Made by a program: the position numbers and the translations under genes. The notes under the pieces were generated by a model. It was not told the origin of the DNA, made no database searches, and was given only the letters and a program-made list of their open reading frames with translations. A DNA stretch of 64,000 bases from Octopus vulgaris (Eukaryota), in NCBI GenBank assembly GCA_951406725.2, contig OX597814.1, positions 96,472,001-96,536,000 of the forward strand, in the 5' to 3' direction. Positions 26,768-40,227 of the stretch are shown in pieces (the first letter of the stretch is position 1; every line of letters begins with the position of its first letter).

Positions 26768-26852
<85 letters not shown>

Positions 26853-26859
26853 ATAATAA

Positions 26860-27262
26860 TCCTTTCTACTAAAAGCACAAATTATGCGGGAAGGGACTAG
26901 TCGATTATATCGACCCCAGTGTTTCACTGGTACTTAATTTATCGACCCCGAAAGAATGAAAGGCAAAGTCGACCTCGGAGGAATTTGAACTCAGAAGGTA
27001 GTGGCAGATGAAATATCGGTAAGCATTTCGTCCGGCGTGTTTACGATTCTGCCAGAATAATAATGATTTCAAATTTTGGCACAAGGCCAGCATTTGAGAA
27101 ATAGGGGTAAGTTGATTGCATCAACCTCAGTGCTCAACTGGTACTTATTTTATCGACCCCGAAAGGATGAGAGGCAAAGTTGACTTCAGTAGAATTTGAA
27201 CTCAGAACGTAAAGACGGACGAAATGCCGCTAAGTATTTTGTCCGGCATGCTAACTATTCTG
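26860..27262 (-). mobile_element. Two tandem SINE A copies after an (AAT)n tract
   Basis: ggtacttaatttatcgaccccgaaag..tgaaaggcaaagtcgacctcgg occurs twice. Confidence 0.8.
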
Positions 27263-29089
27263 CAGCAATTGTACAAATGAAGCACCACAAGTGTGTAAAA
27301 CTACTTTATGATATTTACTTGTTCTTGATGGGATGAAATTAAGAATCGAACCTGGTAAAGATTTAATATTTGAAGGTCAAGCGTTAAAACTAGATACCGT
27401 AAAGCATCTGATCCAGCGTGCCATCGTATTTGCAATTCATTTGCCTTATATATTATACTGACTGAAAGGTCGCGTGATGAGATACAAGCGTTGGAATCGT
27501 CCTTGCAGTAGCTTGCTGTTAATTATTATAAAAACTAGATATGAAAGGAAAAGTTCACCCCAGCAGATCTTAAATGGTAAAAGAGGACATAAATAAATCA
27601 TTTAAGGCAACCTACATATTTATTTAATGTATGTTCAACTCAGACGGGATCTGAACATCGAACGTAGTAAATAGAGGGAAACAGATATCGACGAAAGTCA
27701 AAATGTCTGAGATGACGTGATACTATGGTTTAGACAGAATTGGTAGAACGTTGGCCCAAATGCTTAGTGGTATTTAGCTGCGCTCATACATGGTATGAGT
27801 TCAATTCTCGCTGAGGTTAACTTCCAACTTTTATCTTTATGGGGGTCAATAAGATCAAATACTAACTCAATTACTTCAAAGTAAGCAATGCATTTTGTTC
27901 GACGCTCTAACGATTCTGTCAATCCACTGATGCTGGACATGAGAGGATAGGCAGAAGCAATTAATATAAGTACAATTTTTTTGTCGTTGTTGTTCAGACA
28001 GAGTATAATCGATAATATCGAACCCAACACTTGATTGTATTTATTTTATTAGCTTCGAAAAGGATGAAAGGCAAAGACAATCGCATAGGAATTTGAACTT
28101 AAAAACGTAAAGGGACGTAACAAAATACGGCATGTCAATTTGTCCTCGACAATATAAAATGGGGAAATAAACCCACGAGATTAGCAGTAAGCAAAACATC
28201 AAACTAAAATATCTCTCAAACTATAACATGTTTCAAAGTAGGAACATTCATTTCTGATAAACAGTCACGCCGCTGTCAACGTGACTTAAACTAGAACAAC
28301 TCCTTCCTGCTCAGCTGTAATTTATCTTATAAAATATTATAGCATTCTAACGCTTTATTTACCATTCTCTTTCCTTTGCTGGCAGCTTTTTTTTTTTTCC
28401 TTCGTCTCCTACTTCCCACCTGTATTTATTCCTCCTCTCATCTGTCTCTTAGCTCTGTTTCTCTCTCTTCCCTTCTCTCTCCCTTCCTCCCTCTCTCTCT
28501 CTCTCTCCTCCCTCTCCCTCTCTCTTTCTTGCTTTACCCTCTACACTGCCTAATCTTCCCCCTCTTTTAGTTCTTTAAGCTTTTTGAAATCTCACTTCGC
28601 CTGACTCTATTTTCTACTCTTTCACTCCTTTCTCTCAATCCCTCCTACTCCTCTCTCTCTCTCGCCCCTCTCTCTCTCTTTCTCTTCTACTTTCATTTAT
28701 CTCCTCCTTACCTCATTTTCGGCTCTTTTTCTTTCTTGCTTTTTGCTTATGCTCCTCCCTTTCTCTTCCCTCTCTCTCTCTCTCTTCCGACGTTTACTTT
28801 CTTTCTCTCTCATTATCATGCATGTCCCAATACAATGTTTATATATTTCAACAGTTGCTAACAGACGCACAAAGAAATTAACCACAATTGATTGAATAGC
28901 TCCCAGCTTATTGTATTTATTTTATCGACCCCGACGGTATGACAAGTAAGCCGCCAGTCCGAAAACAGTCTTTGTTGATGCAATAGTGCTAAAAAACAAA
29001 ACATACATACATACATACATACATACATACATACATACATACATACATACACACACATACATACATACATACATACATACATACATACA

Positions 29090-29122
<33 letters not shown>

Positions 29123-29268
29123 GTATACATACTGAAAAGTAGCTAGGCAGATTTGCAGACAGAGAGACAAGCAAATAGACACAGAGGTAGATAGACAGAT
29201 AGAACGGCATAGAGTGAGATATAGATAGATGTATAGATAGATAGACATATAGGTAGAAGATAAATAAC

Positions 29269-29304
<36 letters not shown>

Positions 29305-29322
29305 TAGATAGATAGATAGATC

Positions 29323-29356
<34 letters not shown>

Positions 29357-29689
29357 CGATAAACCTGTCTGAGATACATACATATGTGCATACGTACATA
29401 GCAACATGCATATATACATATATACATGCATGCATAAATGCATGTATGCATGCATATATATACGTATAAGCATACATACATGTATAAATATATAAATACA
29501 TGCATATATGCATACATAACGAGGGGCAATTGTCGAAAGACAAAACCAAAGAATTTTTTTATGCGTACACGTCGACACGTGTAATGAATTTAGGACGAAC
29601 AGTGCAAGTAACATAAGCTGCTAAGAATGCATCATTGTGAACGTGTGAATCTGTGCATGTGTGTGTGTGTGTGGTGGGGTGAACAATTA

Positions 29690-29821
29690 CATCAACTCCA
29701 GCACATATTTTATTGTCCCCAAAAGGATGAAAGGCAAAGTTCAACCCAGTGGTATTATGAACTCAGAACGTATAGATGAACGAAATGCCGCTAAGCATTT
29801 TGCCTGTGTTAGCTAGCCGCC

Positions 29822-29874
<53 letters not shown>

Positions 29875-30080
29875 CTTTTCTACTATTGGCACAAGGCCTG
29901 AAATTTTGGAAGAGGGGGCAAGTCGATTACATCGTCCCCAGTACTCAACTGATACTTAATTTATCGACCCCGAAAGGATGAAAGCAAAGTCGACCTCGGC
30001 GGAATTTGGACTCAGAACGTAAAGACAGACGAAATACCGCTATGCATTTCGCGTGCTAACGATTCTGCCAGCTCGCTGTC

Positions 30081-30143
<63 letters not shown>

Positions 30144-30242
30144 GTAATAATAATAATAATAATAGTAATAATAATAATAATAATAATAATAGTAATAATA
30201 ATAATAATAATAATAATAGTAATAATAATAATAATAATAATA

Positions 30243-30297
<55 letters not shown>

Positions 30298-30495
30298 AAG
30301 TTTCAAATTTTGCCACAAGGGCAGCAATTTTGAGGGAGAGGATGAGTCGATTGCATTGACTCAAGTGTTCAACCTATTATATCGACCCCGAAAGGATGAA
30401 AAGCAAAGTCAACCTCGGCGGAATTTGAACTCAGAACGTAGCGGCAGACGAAATACCACTAAGCATTTCGCCCGGCGTGCTAACAATTCTGCTAG
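29690..30495 (-). mobile_element. Three SINE A copies separated by long (AAT)n tracts
   Basis: same consensus repeated; (AAT)n at 29824-29873 and 30083-30295. Confidence 0.8.
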
Positions 30496-30896
30496 AAGGG
30501 GAGAGTCTTGCTTGCACGAACAATTATCAGTCTTCGATAAGTGGACATAATTCATTTTAAAGACGTTTCTGTTCTTTAATATGTGGTATTTTTTAATTCA
30601 TGTGCTTTGTAGTTATAGGCTTCAAACGATTTATGTTTCAGATTTGATTATTGTATTTGTAATAATAAACATATCTTTTATCTTTTACTTGTTTCAGTCA
30701 TTAGACTATGGCCATGTTGGGACTTAAACATACCAACACCCATTGTCAAGCGGTGAAGGGGGACAAACACGGAGGCATATGCACACACATACACACACAG
30801 ATATATATATACAGGTCCCGGGTTGATTCGGGGTTAACCACAGTAAATAAGGTACTCAATACATAGCAGAGTAAAATTAATTTATTATATAGAAGG

Positions 30897-30945
30897 AGCT
30901 TCTACAGGACTAGAACTGTTTCATTCAGAGAATCTTCAGGAAGCT
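30897..30945 (-). ncRNA. Type I hammerhead, left arm of the palindrome
   Basis: reverse complement: agcttc CTGAAGA ttc-tct-gaat GAA acag-ttctagtc-ctgt A gaagct; stem I 6 bp, stem III 4 bp, GUA site. Confidence 0.7.
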
Positions 30946-31041
30946 AGTTAACAAGAATTGTATTGGCATTTATACATTTAGGCAGGTTCCACCCTTTAAA
31001 CCTGCCTAAATGTATAAATGCCAATACAATTCTTGTTAACT

Positions 31042-31089
31042 AGCTTCCTGAAGATTTCTGAATGAAACAGTTCTAGTCCTGTAGAAGCT
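31042..31089 (+). ncRNA. Type I hammerhead, right arm of the palindrome
   Basis: agcttc CTGAAGA tttctgaat GAA acag-ttctagtc-ctgt A gaagct. Confidence 0.65.
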
Positions 31090-31100
31090 CCTTCTATATA

Positions 31101-31151
<51 letters not shown>

Positions 31152-31975
31152 CGATGGGCTTCTTTCAGTTTCCGTCTACCAACCATGTCCACCCCAAACA
31201 CTCGTCTCACCTTTTAACTGTCACATTATCACATTTTCTCTGACTGGCCTTTCAAAATCTTCATCAAGAAACTCGGGGCAATTTTTTGAAGACAATATCC
31301 CAAGTTTTTAGTGTAAACACGTGAAGACCTATAGTGAGTATGAGCCAACAGTGAGATTGATATTAGTTTTACAAGTACTTTCGTTTGAAAAGAATAATCC
31401 AACCATCTTCGTTGGTATGCTTATATTGGTTTGTTTTCTAATGAGTCTATTATTTTAACAAGAACTATGTGTAAAAAATTTATGCATGAGCTGAGAAATT
31501 GAGGCTGTGGATGATTTTTCTTTACTAATTCGCTTATCAAGTTAATTCAAAAGCTAATTCATCAAGTTAATTGACACGTTCCGCATGAATGTTACTATTA
31601 GAATGCTTCAAAATTTATATAAAGGAGTGTACTTCATGGCGATACTTATTCTATATACGACTCATACATGTTCTAGTTTGAATAGCGTCACCTTATAATG
31701 GAATTATAGTCACGTTTTGAGCAACGGTTGTTTCATTAGCTTAGCCAACGCGAATTCGTCTTTCTAATGGTGGTTGCTTTTAAAGTTTTCAAGACATTTT
31801 TGTCATTTATAATGGTTTTTCAATATATTCACAAATTTACATCTGCGACCGAAAAGCAGACATGTTGCTCAATTATATATATACACACAGATAAGAAAAG
31901 AAATGGAGCAACAATTAACAATTAGAAGTTGATCATTGATACTAAATGGTCATAGTTTAATTATAGTTAAAATAA

Positions 31976-32055
31976 CATTTACAGCTGTTTGAGTTTGTTA
32001 TTTTTTAGGTAAATTTGCATTTATTTCGTACCATGTAACAAACATCATCAGAATG
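31976..32055 (-). ncRNA. Decayed type I hammerhead (G12 to C)
   Basis: reverse complement: catt CTGATGA t-gtttgtta...taacaaac-t CAAA cagctg TA aatg; all three stems pair. Confidence 0.6.
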
Positions 32056-32859
32056 ATTTAGAGTTTATCGGAGGAACATAGACAGGATTGTATAAATTAA
32101 TCTATCAATGACTATGTGGCAGCTGGTTTGGCAACATCTATAATCTCTGTCGTTTTTTTCCTAACCATTGTAAAGATTGTTTTCTTCACTGCCTAGGTTA
32201 AGATATTAAATTTTCTGTGAAAGACGAGTATGACCGACTGAACTAACACTAATTAATGATATTTATTTTATCACACTCATAGGATAAAAGTCAAGTCTTT
32301 CGTGGTGAAATTTAAACATAGAATATTGAACTATTGATCTAGGCGAAGTAAAAGGATCGAGGTCTGTTTTCTCAATTATCACAGTAGACAAAATTTATAA
32401 CTTCAGGATTTTGACAGGCCAATAAAAATACCAAGTTAATTTCATTTTTCCTGAACATTCAAATCTCTCATAAAATTATATTTTGCTTTCTACTTTTGCT
32501 TTCAAGTCACTACTATATTAAAAGACATGATATAATATCGGAATAAATTCGACGCTACATTTAAATATTTTTTATCATAATTCTCTTTTCTACAAATTCT
32601 TCAGAATAACTCTACTTACATTATCCATACTCTAAGTTCAGTTAAAAAATTATTTATTTTTCATTCGATCATTCTATTTTTCGTACAGCCCCACTCCTAG
32701 TTAGTAGTTTCCTGAACATAAGCTTCAGTATATTTTAACATCTTCAGGTCTTTAGTTTATTTCGTACATAATTCATACGAGTAAATTGACCTCTTCCTGT
32801 TATAAAACTCTATGCGTTGCTATATAATCAGTATTCCTTACTGCACTTAGAATATTTAT

Positions 32860-33416
32860 TTCAAATTTTGGAACACAGTCAGACCTCGGCGGAATTTGAA
32901 CTCAGAACGTACATACGGAAGAAATGCCGCTAAGCATTTTGCCCTGTGTGCTAACAATTCCGCCAGCTCACCGTCTTTATACCTGCACCTAAAATATTAG
33001 TTTCAAATTTTGGCACGAGACCAGTAATTTTGGGGAAGGAGTAAGTCGATTCCATCGAGCCCAGTAGTTAACTGATAATTATTTGATCGACCCTGAAAGA
33101 ATAGGAGGTATCTGAACACAAAACGTAACGCCGGACGAAATGCTGCAAAACATTTTGCCCGGCGTGCTAACGTTTCTCCAGCCCACCGCCCTACTGCACC
33201 TAAAATATTCCGTTCTATTATAGGCACAAGGCCTCAAACAGTCAGGGGAGGGGATGAGTTGATTACATCGATCCAAGTGCTCAACTCGTACTTATTTTAT
33301 CGACCCGAAAGGATAAGTCAACTCTGGTGGCATTTGAACCCAGAACGTAAAGATGGACGATGTACCGCCAAGTATTTTGCCCAGCGTGCTAACGATTCTT
33401 CCAGATCGCCGCCTTT
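32860..33416 (-). mobile_element. Three SINE A copies separated by the same 16-bp spacer
   Basis: ctgcacYtaRaatatt-like sequence at 32841, 32983, 33194 and 33420. Confidence 0.8.
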
Positions 33417-34098
33417 ACACTGCACATAAAATATTGTTAAAAATTTTACAGCCATAGCAAACTTCAACCAGAACAATGCTTTTTTATGACTAAATATTGC
33501 TAATTCTCATAACCACTTACCTTTTTATGCATACCATAAAATTGAATAACTAATAACAATTCCATTTTTAGCTGTTTGTAAAACACAGCATTTTCTTAAC
33601 TACATAGTTTTATTTCCTATTTTCTAAATCCCAATAATCAGAACATACAATTTTCCTCAAAACATATTTACTATTAACATTTCATTGTTCATATTCACAA
33701 AACTCCCAATCAAATATCAAACAACCCATTTTTTAGATTTAGCTCACATGTGTATATTTCCGTACAAGACTAGCTTTTAAGAACGCTTGTGAAATAAGGA
33801 CAGCGCAGAGCAAATGTTTGCAATTAAAGTGTAATACATAATACAGCGACTATATTTCACATATTCTGTTGAACTAGAAAAAAAAAACTATGCTATGAAG
33901 GTAGATGCACTTTTGTTATAAAGAGAATGCGGAGACATAAATATTAATGATTATCAGATTTTGAGTGGTTTGTCATCGATTTCTTTTGAAGACGTTTGCT
34001 GTTATATGCGTAAGTGTAAAGATAATATTGGAATAAAATGTGTGGATTCTTGATATCTACTTCAATACATTTATCTGAACAGCACGACACACACACAT

Positions 34099-34145
<47 letters not shown>

Positions 34146-34234
34146 TGAACACGCACACACTCTCCCTTTCATTCTCTCTCTCACCAGTCTATTTTTCTCT
34201 CTCCCGTTCCCTCTCTCTTTATATATATACATAT

Positions 34235-34267
<33 letters not shown>

Positions 34268-35279
34268 GGAGAAAGAGAGAGAGGTCTTATTAAGATAACA
34301 GGGCAATACCGTTAGTATGATAGGTAGGAAGGAAGATGAGAAAAAAATAGAATAAAATAAAATAAAATAAAACAGGATGAGCTACAATAAAATGGAAAAA
34401 TGAAAGAAAATAAAATGGAGTGAAATATTACTGAGTACAACGAAGGTAGTTGAGTACAATGAAGGTTTAATTTTCTGTAATAGGTTGGTGGATATAATTT
34501 TTTTTAAGATCACAGATATAGAAGCTTTAAAGATTCGTGGATATAAATGCGTTAAAACTTTTAAAGGTTTTAATTTTTTTTTTGTGAGGCTTTGAAGATT
34601 TAAGGTGTAAAAGGTTTGTGGCTATAGAAGTAAGTATAAGAGTAGATATGTAGGTAGATGAATAGACAGACAGGTACATGGGTTGATACCAAGATAGACA
34701 GACAGATAGACCGGTTGATACATACATACATACATACATACATACATACATACATACATACATACATACATACATACATACATACATACATGTGTGTGTG
34801 TATGTGTGTACATACTTAGAAAGCTAGATAAAGGGACTGATAGGTGGACAGATAGATAGTTAGATCGGTAAATGGAAAATTAGCTAGTTAACCCTACATG
34901 TGACCTGGAGTGAGCTTTGTTGCTGAGTATAGTAACTTATTTAGCGAGCGCTTTCGTGCTGGGAGTTCTTCGGCGGAGGTTTGGAACTGGTCGGCCACCT
35001 AAGTTAAATTTTCTCTGTTTCGACGGGGACTTTTAAATTTTTTTCATCATACACTTCAGAAAGAAAAAGAAAATTTCCGATTCTTCGCCTACCGTGCATA
35101 TGTATATATATATATATAGGAAATGGTGGCACAAGACACCAATGTTTGCTGGAAATAACATTCGATAACCGTATGACGCTATATAAAGCTTCACTGAATG
35201 TATACAAGAAAATATGTGTGCGTGCGGCGAACATTACCTCTAGGAAGAACATCGGATAAATGGACAACCTAGAATGGAT

Positions 35280-35355
35280 AACCTAGTACTCAAGTTTCGG
35301 ACTTTCCAGGATACGTTTGTTATCGTAAATCTAGTTAGTCTTCTTCAGCTAGGTT
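35280..35355 (-). ncRNA. Type I hammerhead ribozyme
   Basis: reverse complement: aacctag CTGAAGA agact...agtcc GAAA cttgag TA ctaggtt; 7-bp stem I. Confidence 0.8.
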
Positions 35356-35434
35356 CACCGAAGACAAAATTTAGGCGTATCTGGCGAATATACAGGCATT
35401 GATGTAGCGAATATTTGGAATTTCGTCTTCAGTG

Positions 35435-35510
35435 AACCTAACTGAGGAAGGTTTACCAAATTTATGATAACAAATGTATTCTGGAAAGTCCGAAACGTAA
35501 GTACTAGGTT
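35435..35510 (+). ncRNA. Type I hammerhead ribozyme (second arm, more decayed)
   Basis: aacctaa CTGAGGA aggtt...agtcc GAAA cgtaag TA ctaggtt. Confidence 0.7.
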
Positions 35511-35949
35511 ATCCATTCTAGGTTGTCCAGTTATCCAGTGTTCTTCCTAGATGTAAGACGAAATGTTTTTATTTTTTTTTATTTTCACCTCTCGCACACA
35601 TCTTTGCTTGTATACATTCAGTGAAGCTTTACATGGCGTCGTATGGTTATCGAATGCTATTTCCAGCAAACATTGGTGTATTGTTGTGCCACTATTTCCT
35701 ATTTGTTTATAATTCTATCTTTACGGTGCTTTATTTTGCTGAAAAATAATACTATTGTATTGCAATAATATTCATAATATATATATACATATATAGTAAT
35801 TGATTAAGTAATCAGAAGATGGATTTAGCACTAGTTTATGTATATATATATATATATATATAAAAGGCGGTGCTCCAGCATGGTCGCAGTCAAATGACTG
35901 AGTAAATAAAAGAATAAAAGAATATATATATATATATATGTGTGTGTAT

Positions 35950-36016
<67 letters not shown>

Positions 36017-36419
36017 CACGCACATCTTGAAATTAACATACATAATGTAATATACACAGCATTGTCAATGTAATGCAGCGAAAAACACTTAATGGTTCTA
36101 ACGGAGATCGCTGTGGTGAAGGCGGTGGGTGGGTGGTGGACTTCCAAAATGATGGATTTTTCTGAATTTCAACATTTTGTAAAAGGAATACGCCATCGTT
36201 TTAAAGTGCGTAGTGCCAGAAAAGCAATTGAAAAAGTCCGTCTTGAGGGGAAAAAATATGAAAATCCATCTCAAAACTGAGAAAATCCAACTTACGTGGG
36301 TGACCCATTCCAGTTTCTTCCTCAGATTTTTAATTAATATTTCCCGCTCATTCTTGATGATAATTAGCTATCCGTTCTTTCATGATTAAAGATCCTGGAA
36401 GCAGTAGTCGTGCTTCCAC

Positions 36420-36900
36420 GCATCCAGCTCATTACAACGTTTCAGGCTAGGTACTTCCTAATAAAGTGTGTTTCTGTAATCCGGAGGTTAACTGCATCTC
36501 TCCCACTCCATAGCATGCTGGTAGAGAAATCCTCGCGACAGCATTGATGGTGTTGCAACACGGTGCTGAATAGTGTGGCCTTGTACAAATATTCCTTCAC
36601 CCTAAGGTGAAGGTATCTCCTGGTCAATCTTATTTATATTGCCCTGCAGGAGCATGTCTTCAGGTACACCACGTTGGATTTGAAGCATAGCCGGTCGCTG
36701 ATCCATTAGTTGAGTTGCTCAGATTAGACAATGACTTAGACAGCATACACCAGGCATGTTATTGGTGTGTGAGTGTGTAGTCCCGTCCAGTGATTCTGAT
36801 GGGGAGGCCAGATCTAATGTAGTTTCTTAACTGATTTTCTAACGTCTCCTTGTAGTAGAGGAAGGTCAACGTAGACCCAGTGCTTAATGTTCCTTATAAA
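36420..36900 (-). pseudogene. Penelope-like element GIY-YIG endonuclease remnant
   Basis: manual translation CFKSNVVYLKTCSCRAI*IRLTRRYLHLRVKEY...VLQHH...LRITETHFI fits VVY-C-C-YIG-T-R-L-R-EH. Confidence 0.75.
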
Positions 36901-37779
36901 CCAAGTCAAGTAGTAGTGATAAAAGACTTTGTAAGTTTATGATGTAGAAAAAGTATTCGATTGATAAACTTCACTTAAGTTTGTTTAAGCCTCATTCATG
37001 CAATCTAGACAGATGAAATATATCCGTCGGTGTTACATTGCCTGCTAACAAAGACCAGCACTTACTCTAAATTATGAACATCATTTTGGTGAAAATAATT
37101 CCTAAATTGAAAGTCACTAACAATTACCACATTCCAACCTCTTGTTATCCTCATTACGTCCAAACTCCCTTCCTCGTACTAACCTCTATTCCAAATCTTC
37201 CCTAGGACATTATTTCTCCTCTTTCTTGCAGGTATTGGACTGCAACAGTTTTAAACAGAATATGGCCGGCTTCAATCTTACTAACTTTGGAGGACTTACA
37301 AGGTTCTTCCTCTTCCTCTAGAACGAGATCTACCTCTTCCTCTAGACTTGGTAAGTAAAAATATTTAAAAAAGAGGAAATTTTCAATCAACAATTGTTTG
37401 CGCACATCATTCAGTACATCATCACCCCTTAACTTATTTATAAAGATCTGAGCAGCTTTTCTTACTCTTGTAATGGAACACATTACGTTTGTCTCCGATA
37501 TCACAAATTACAAGTATATATACATTCTAAGGAGTTTGTTTGTTCACGCTTCTCTTTAAATAAACACAAAAATATGGTATTATTCTGTTTCAGAAATCCG
37601 ATGATTATACGTCAGTGACTACAGCAGACGGGAACGCGAATATGACTAATAATCTCTTTGTTGAAGATCTTAGGATCCGCATTAGAAATACTGATAATTT
37701 TTAGAAACAGCTGGGTTTTATAAGCGAAGGGAAATGTTCATTATTGATAGATAAACGTGTTAAAATCGTTTTTCAAGCG

Positions 37780-38260
37780 AAAAACATTAGCACTAATGTT
37801 TTCTCAAACTCCCCTGTTTTATACAACGAGTGCTATTTATACCTAGGTATTAAAGAAAGTTTATACTATAAAGGTACTGTGAAGAAAAGTAAAGCAGCAA
37901 ATATATTATACCAGACTTTAAAAACAAAACTACATCCAAAGCCTTCCTCTTCAGCACGATACTATCCACCATTGAATTCGTAGTACAAGTACTGGTTCAA
38001 AACTTAAATCATATGGTTGAACAATAAAGGCAGCATCTGAGTGTCATATAGTCTCTACTAAATATCAGGAGTAAGAACAAATAACTTCAACTAAATACTC
38101 AAAGGGAAGAGTGTGACACACCTACAAATGGTAAGTGAACATTTTAGGAAAAGTTATTCAATATGATCTAAAAATTACTAGGTGAATACCTCAAAAAAAA
38201 AAAGACCTGGAGTACAAACAATCTACATGCCAACAGAAAGTTATGCATGGTTATGTCGCC
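37780..38260 (+). pseudogene. Possible R4/Dong-type RT C-terminal remnant
   Basis: YLYLGIKE resembles the YKYLG motif; highly decayed. Confidence 0.35.
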
Positions 38261-38441
38261 TCCAAAATTTACGGTTGCTGCCAATTCTGATAGAAATTTA
38301 GGATTTTTTATTGTTACATAACGTAATACACCAAGTTATGCGTTTGTAATCCATGAGAGGAGAAGGCTACTAAAATCCTGTTGAACAAAACCGTAAGTGA
38401 TACTCTTTAACGTCAAGAGGCGACCGAAAATATCGGTTATG

Positions 38442-38472
<31 letters not shown>

Positions 38473-38475
<3 letters not shown>

Positions 38476-38765
38476 TTTATAATTAGGGTTCAGCAAAGTT
38501 TTGCTTTACCACATACCGAAGTTTAGAAATAGCAGCCAAAAAACTTAGCTATTTCTTCTAAAAAGGGACTCCCAGAAAATACTTGAAAACAATCCACGCA
38601 GGCAGAGAGGAAAAATAACGAAAATCAATCGAAAATCAATCTTTGCTGAACCCTAATTATAAAGTATTACTTAAGTTTACCGTGAAATGGTCCTTTTTCA
38701 TGCCGAATTCTACTTGGTGAAATTATTGATTACTTCTTAATTAATTAATTTTACCCTTTGTTATT
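38473..38765. mobile_element. Short inverted fragment related to the 43173 element, TA-flanked
   Basis: 26-bp inverted repeat tactttataattagggttcagcaaag (38473 and 38641); ttaccacataccgaagtttagaaatagcagc resembles 43313-43342. Confidence 0.7.
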
Positions 38766-39199
38766 ATATATATATATATATACATACACCACACACACAC
38801 ACAAACACATACACATACACACACATGTACACACACGTACACACACACGTACACACACATATACAAATATATCACTGGAAGACATTACACGTTATTAGCA
38901 GCTGCTTAAGCTTGTCATCAAAATGTAATCTTCAAATGTGACATGACGTCGTTGCTAAAACAATTTACAATTCCATCCGTAGGAAGGACTCCTTTGAAAC
39001 AAACATAAAAAAGAATAAGCATTTGTGATGTTGAATATTTCTCTCCAACATTAAAAATGTCGGCTGAGCATTTTCATCAAAGACAATAGGCCTGATGTAG
39101 TTCTTTGGAATTGAAAACAAAACCATGTACTTTTTTGTGGAGGTTAACTATCCGACGACACCAACGTATCTTTCTCAATCCAAATTATAAATACATAAC

Positions 39200-39413
39200 G
39201 GTTTCAAATTTTGGAGCAAAGCCGGCAATTTTAAGCGAGTGGGTAAGACGATTACATCGATCTCAATGGTCAACTGGTATTTATTTTATCGACTCTGACA
39301 GATGAAAGGCAAAGTGGACCTTGACTGAATTTAAACTCAGATCGTAAAGACGGACAAAATGTCGCCAAGCAAAAAAGGCCGGCGTGCTTGCGATTGTGTC
39401 AACTCGCCGCCTT
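39200..39413 (-). mobile_element. SINE A copy
   Basis: ggtttcaaattttgg...tgaaaggcaaagt...ctcgccgcctt. Confidence 0.75.
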
Positions 39414-39896
39414 AAATAATAAATATATTACATATATTCATTGGCGCAGTTGCTTATTTTACTAAGTGTTTAACTAATAGTATGGAAACCTAGTTTTTAG
39501 AAAAAGAAAAAGACTAACTTTTGTTCTGTAAATTCAATCTGCAAGTGAAATAGTGACAAATATACAAAATATTTTAGAAATTCAAAATGTAACTCTATAT
39601 TTTTGTTATCTAAATTTGAAACCGAGTTATTTTTTTTCATTTCTTTTGTGTTTTTGTTAGAAAAGAGTCCCTTTGTTTATAGTAAGATGTCAACGAATTA
39701 AGAATGAAGCCATCATACATACGTTACTTTATCAAAAATTCAACATCGCTGATTTCGTTCTCTAGATTCCAGAGATGTAGATTTGTTTCGTTGTTAGAAA
39801 CCTACATCTTTTAAGGAAGAATTCAATTAAATAAAACATATGATATATTTTTTCATTAAACACACACACACACACAGATAGATAGATAGATGAATT

Positions 39897-39969
<73 letters not shown>

Positions 39970-40184
39970 GTAGAGTATATATATATTCATAATTAAGTTA
40001 AAGGATGGTGTACTTTATACTGCAAAAATTCTTACTTAACTGAATTGCAGAAGTAACAAAAAATAGCAGAAGTTGTCAGCAATTCTCTAAGAAAAGAGGA
40101 GATAATTTTCTAAAACTTAGGGTTAATTTACATGCTTGGGGCAAATAAAAAAAGAGTATAATCTTTGTTTATACGCAAGGGGAA

Positions 40185-40227
40185 ACACAGACTTGTTTCA
40201 ATCTGTTAGACTTTATCAGTACAGTGT
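40185..40227 (-). ncRNA. Degenerate hammerhead-like motif in a ~360-bp terminally redundant element (about 39988-40373)
   Basis: reverse complement: CTGATAA agtct-aac-agatt GAAA caag TC tgtgt; ataattaagttaaagg repeated at 39988 and 40348. Confidence 0.45.

Larger units (their letters stand above)
30880..31106. repeat. Near-perfect palindrome (~108-bp arms, 10-nt loop) inside a SINE B copy
   Basis: 30880-30988 is the reverse complement of 30999-31106 with one small indel. Confidence 0.95.
35116..35702. mobile_element. Diverged inverted-repeat element (~255-280-bp arms) with a hammerhead in each arm
   Basis: 35116-35371 approximates the reverse complement of 35419-35702; starts at a (TA)n tract. 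Confidence 0.85.

Noticed and set aside
32841-33435. CRISPR-like repeat-spacer pattern
   Set aside because: The spacers are SINE copies, the context is eukaryotic, and there are no cas genes.
34943-34976. CCGAAGA...GAAAgcgcTC hammerhead-like words on the minus strand
   Set aside because: Stems I and II do not pair; cannot be supported without a family consensus.
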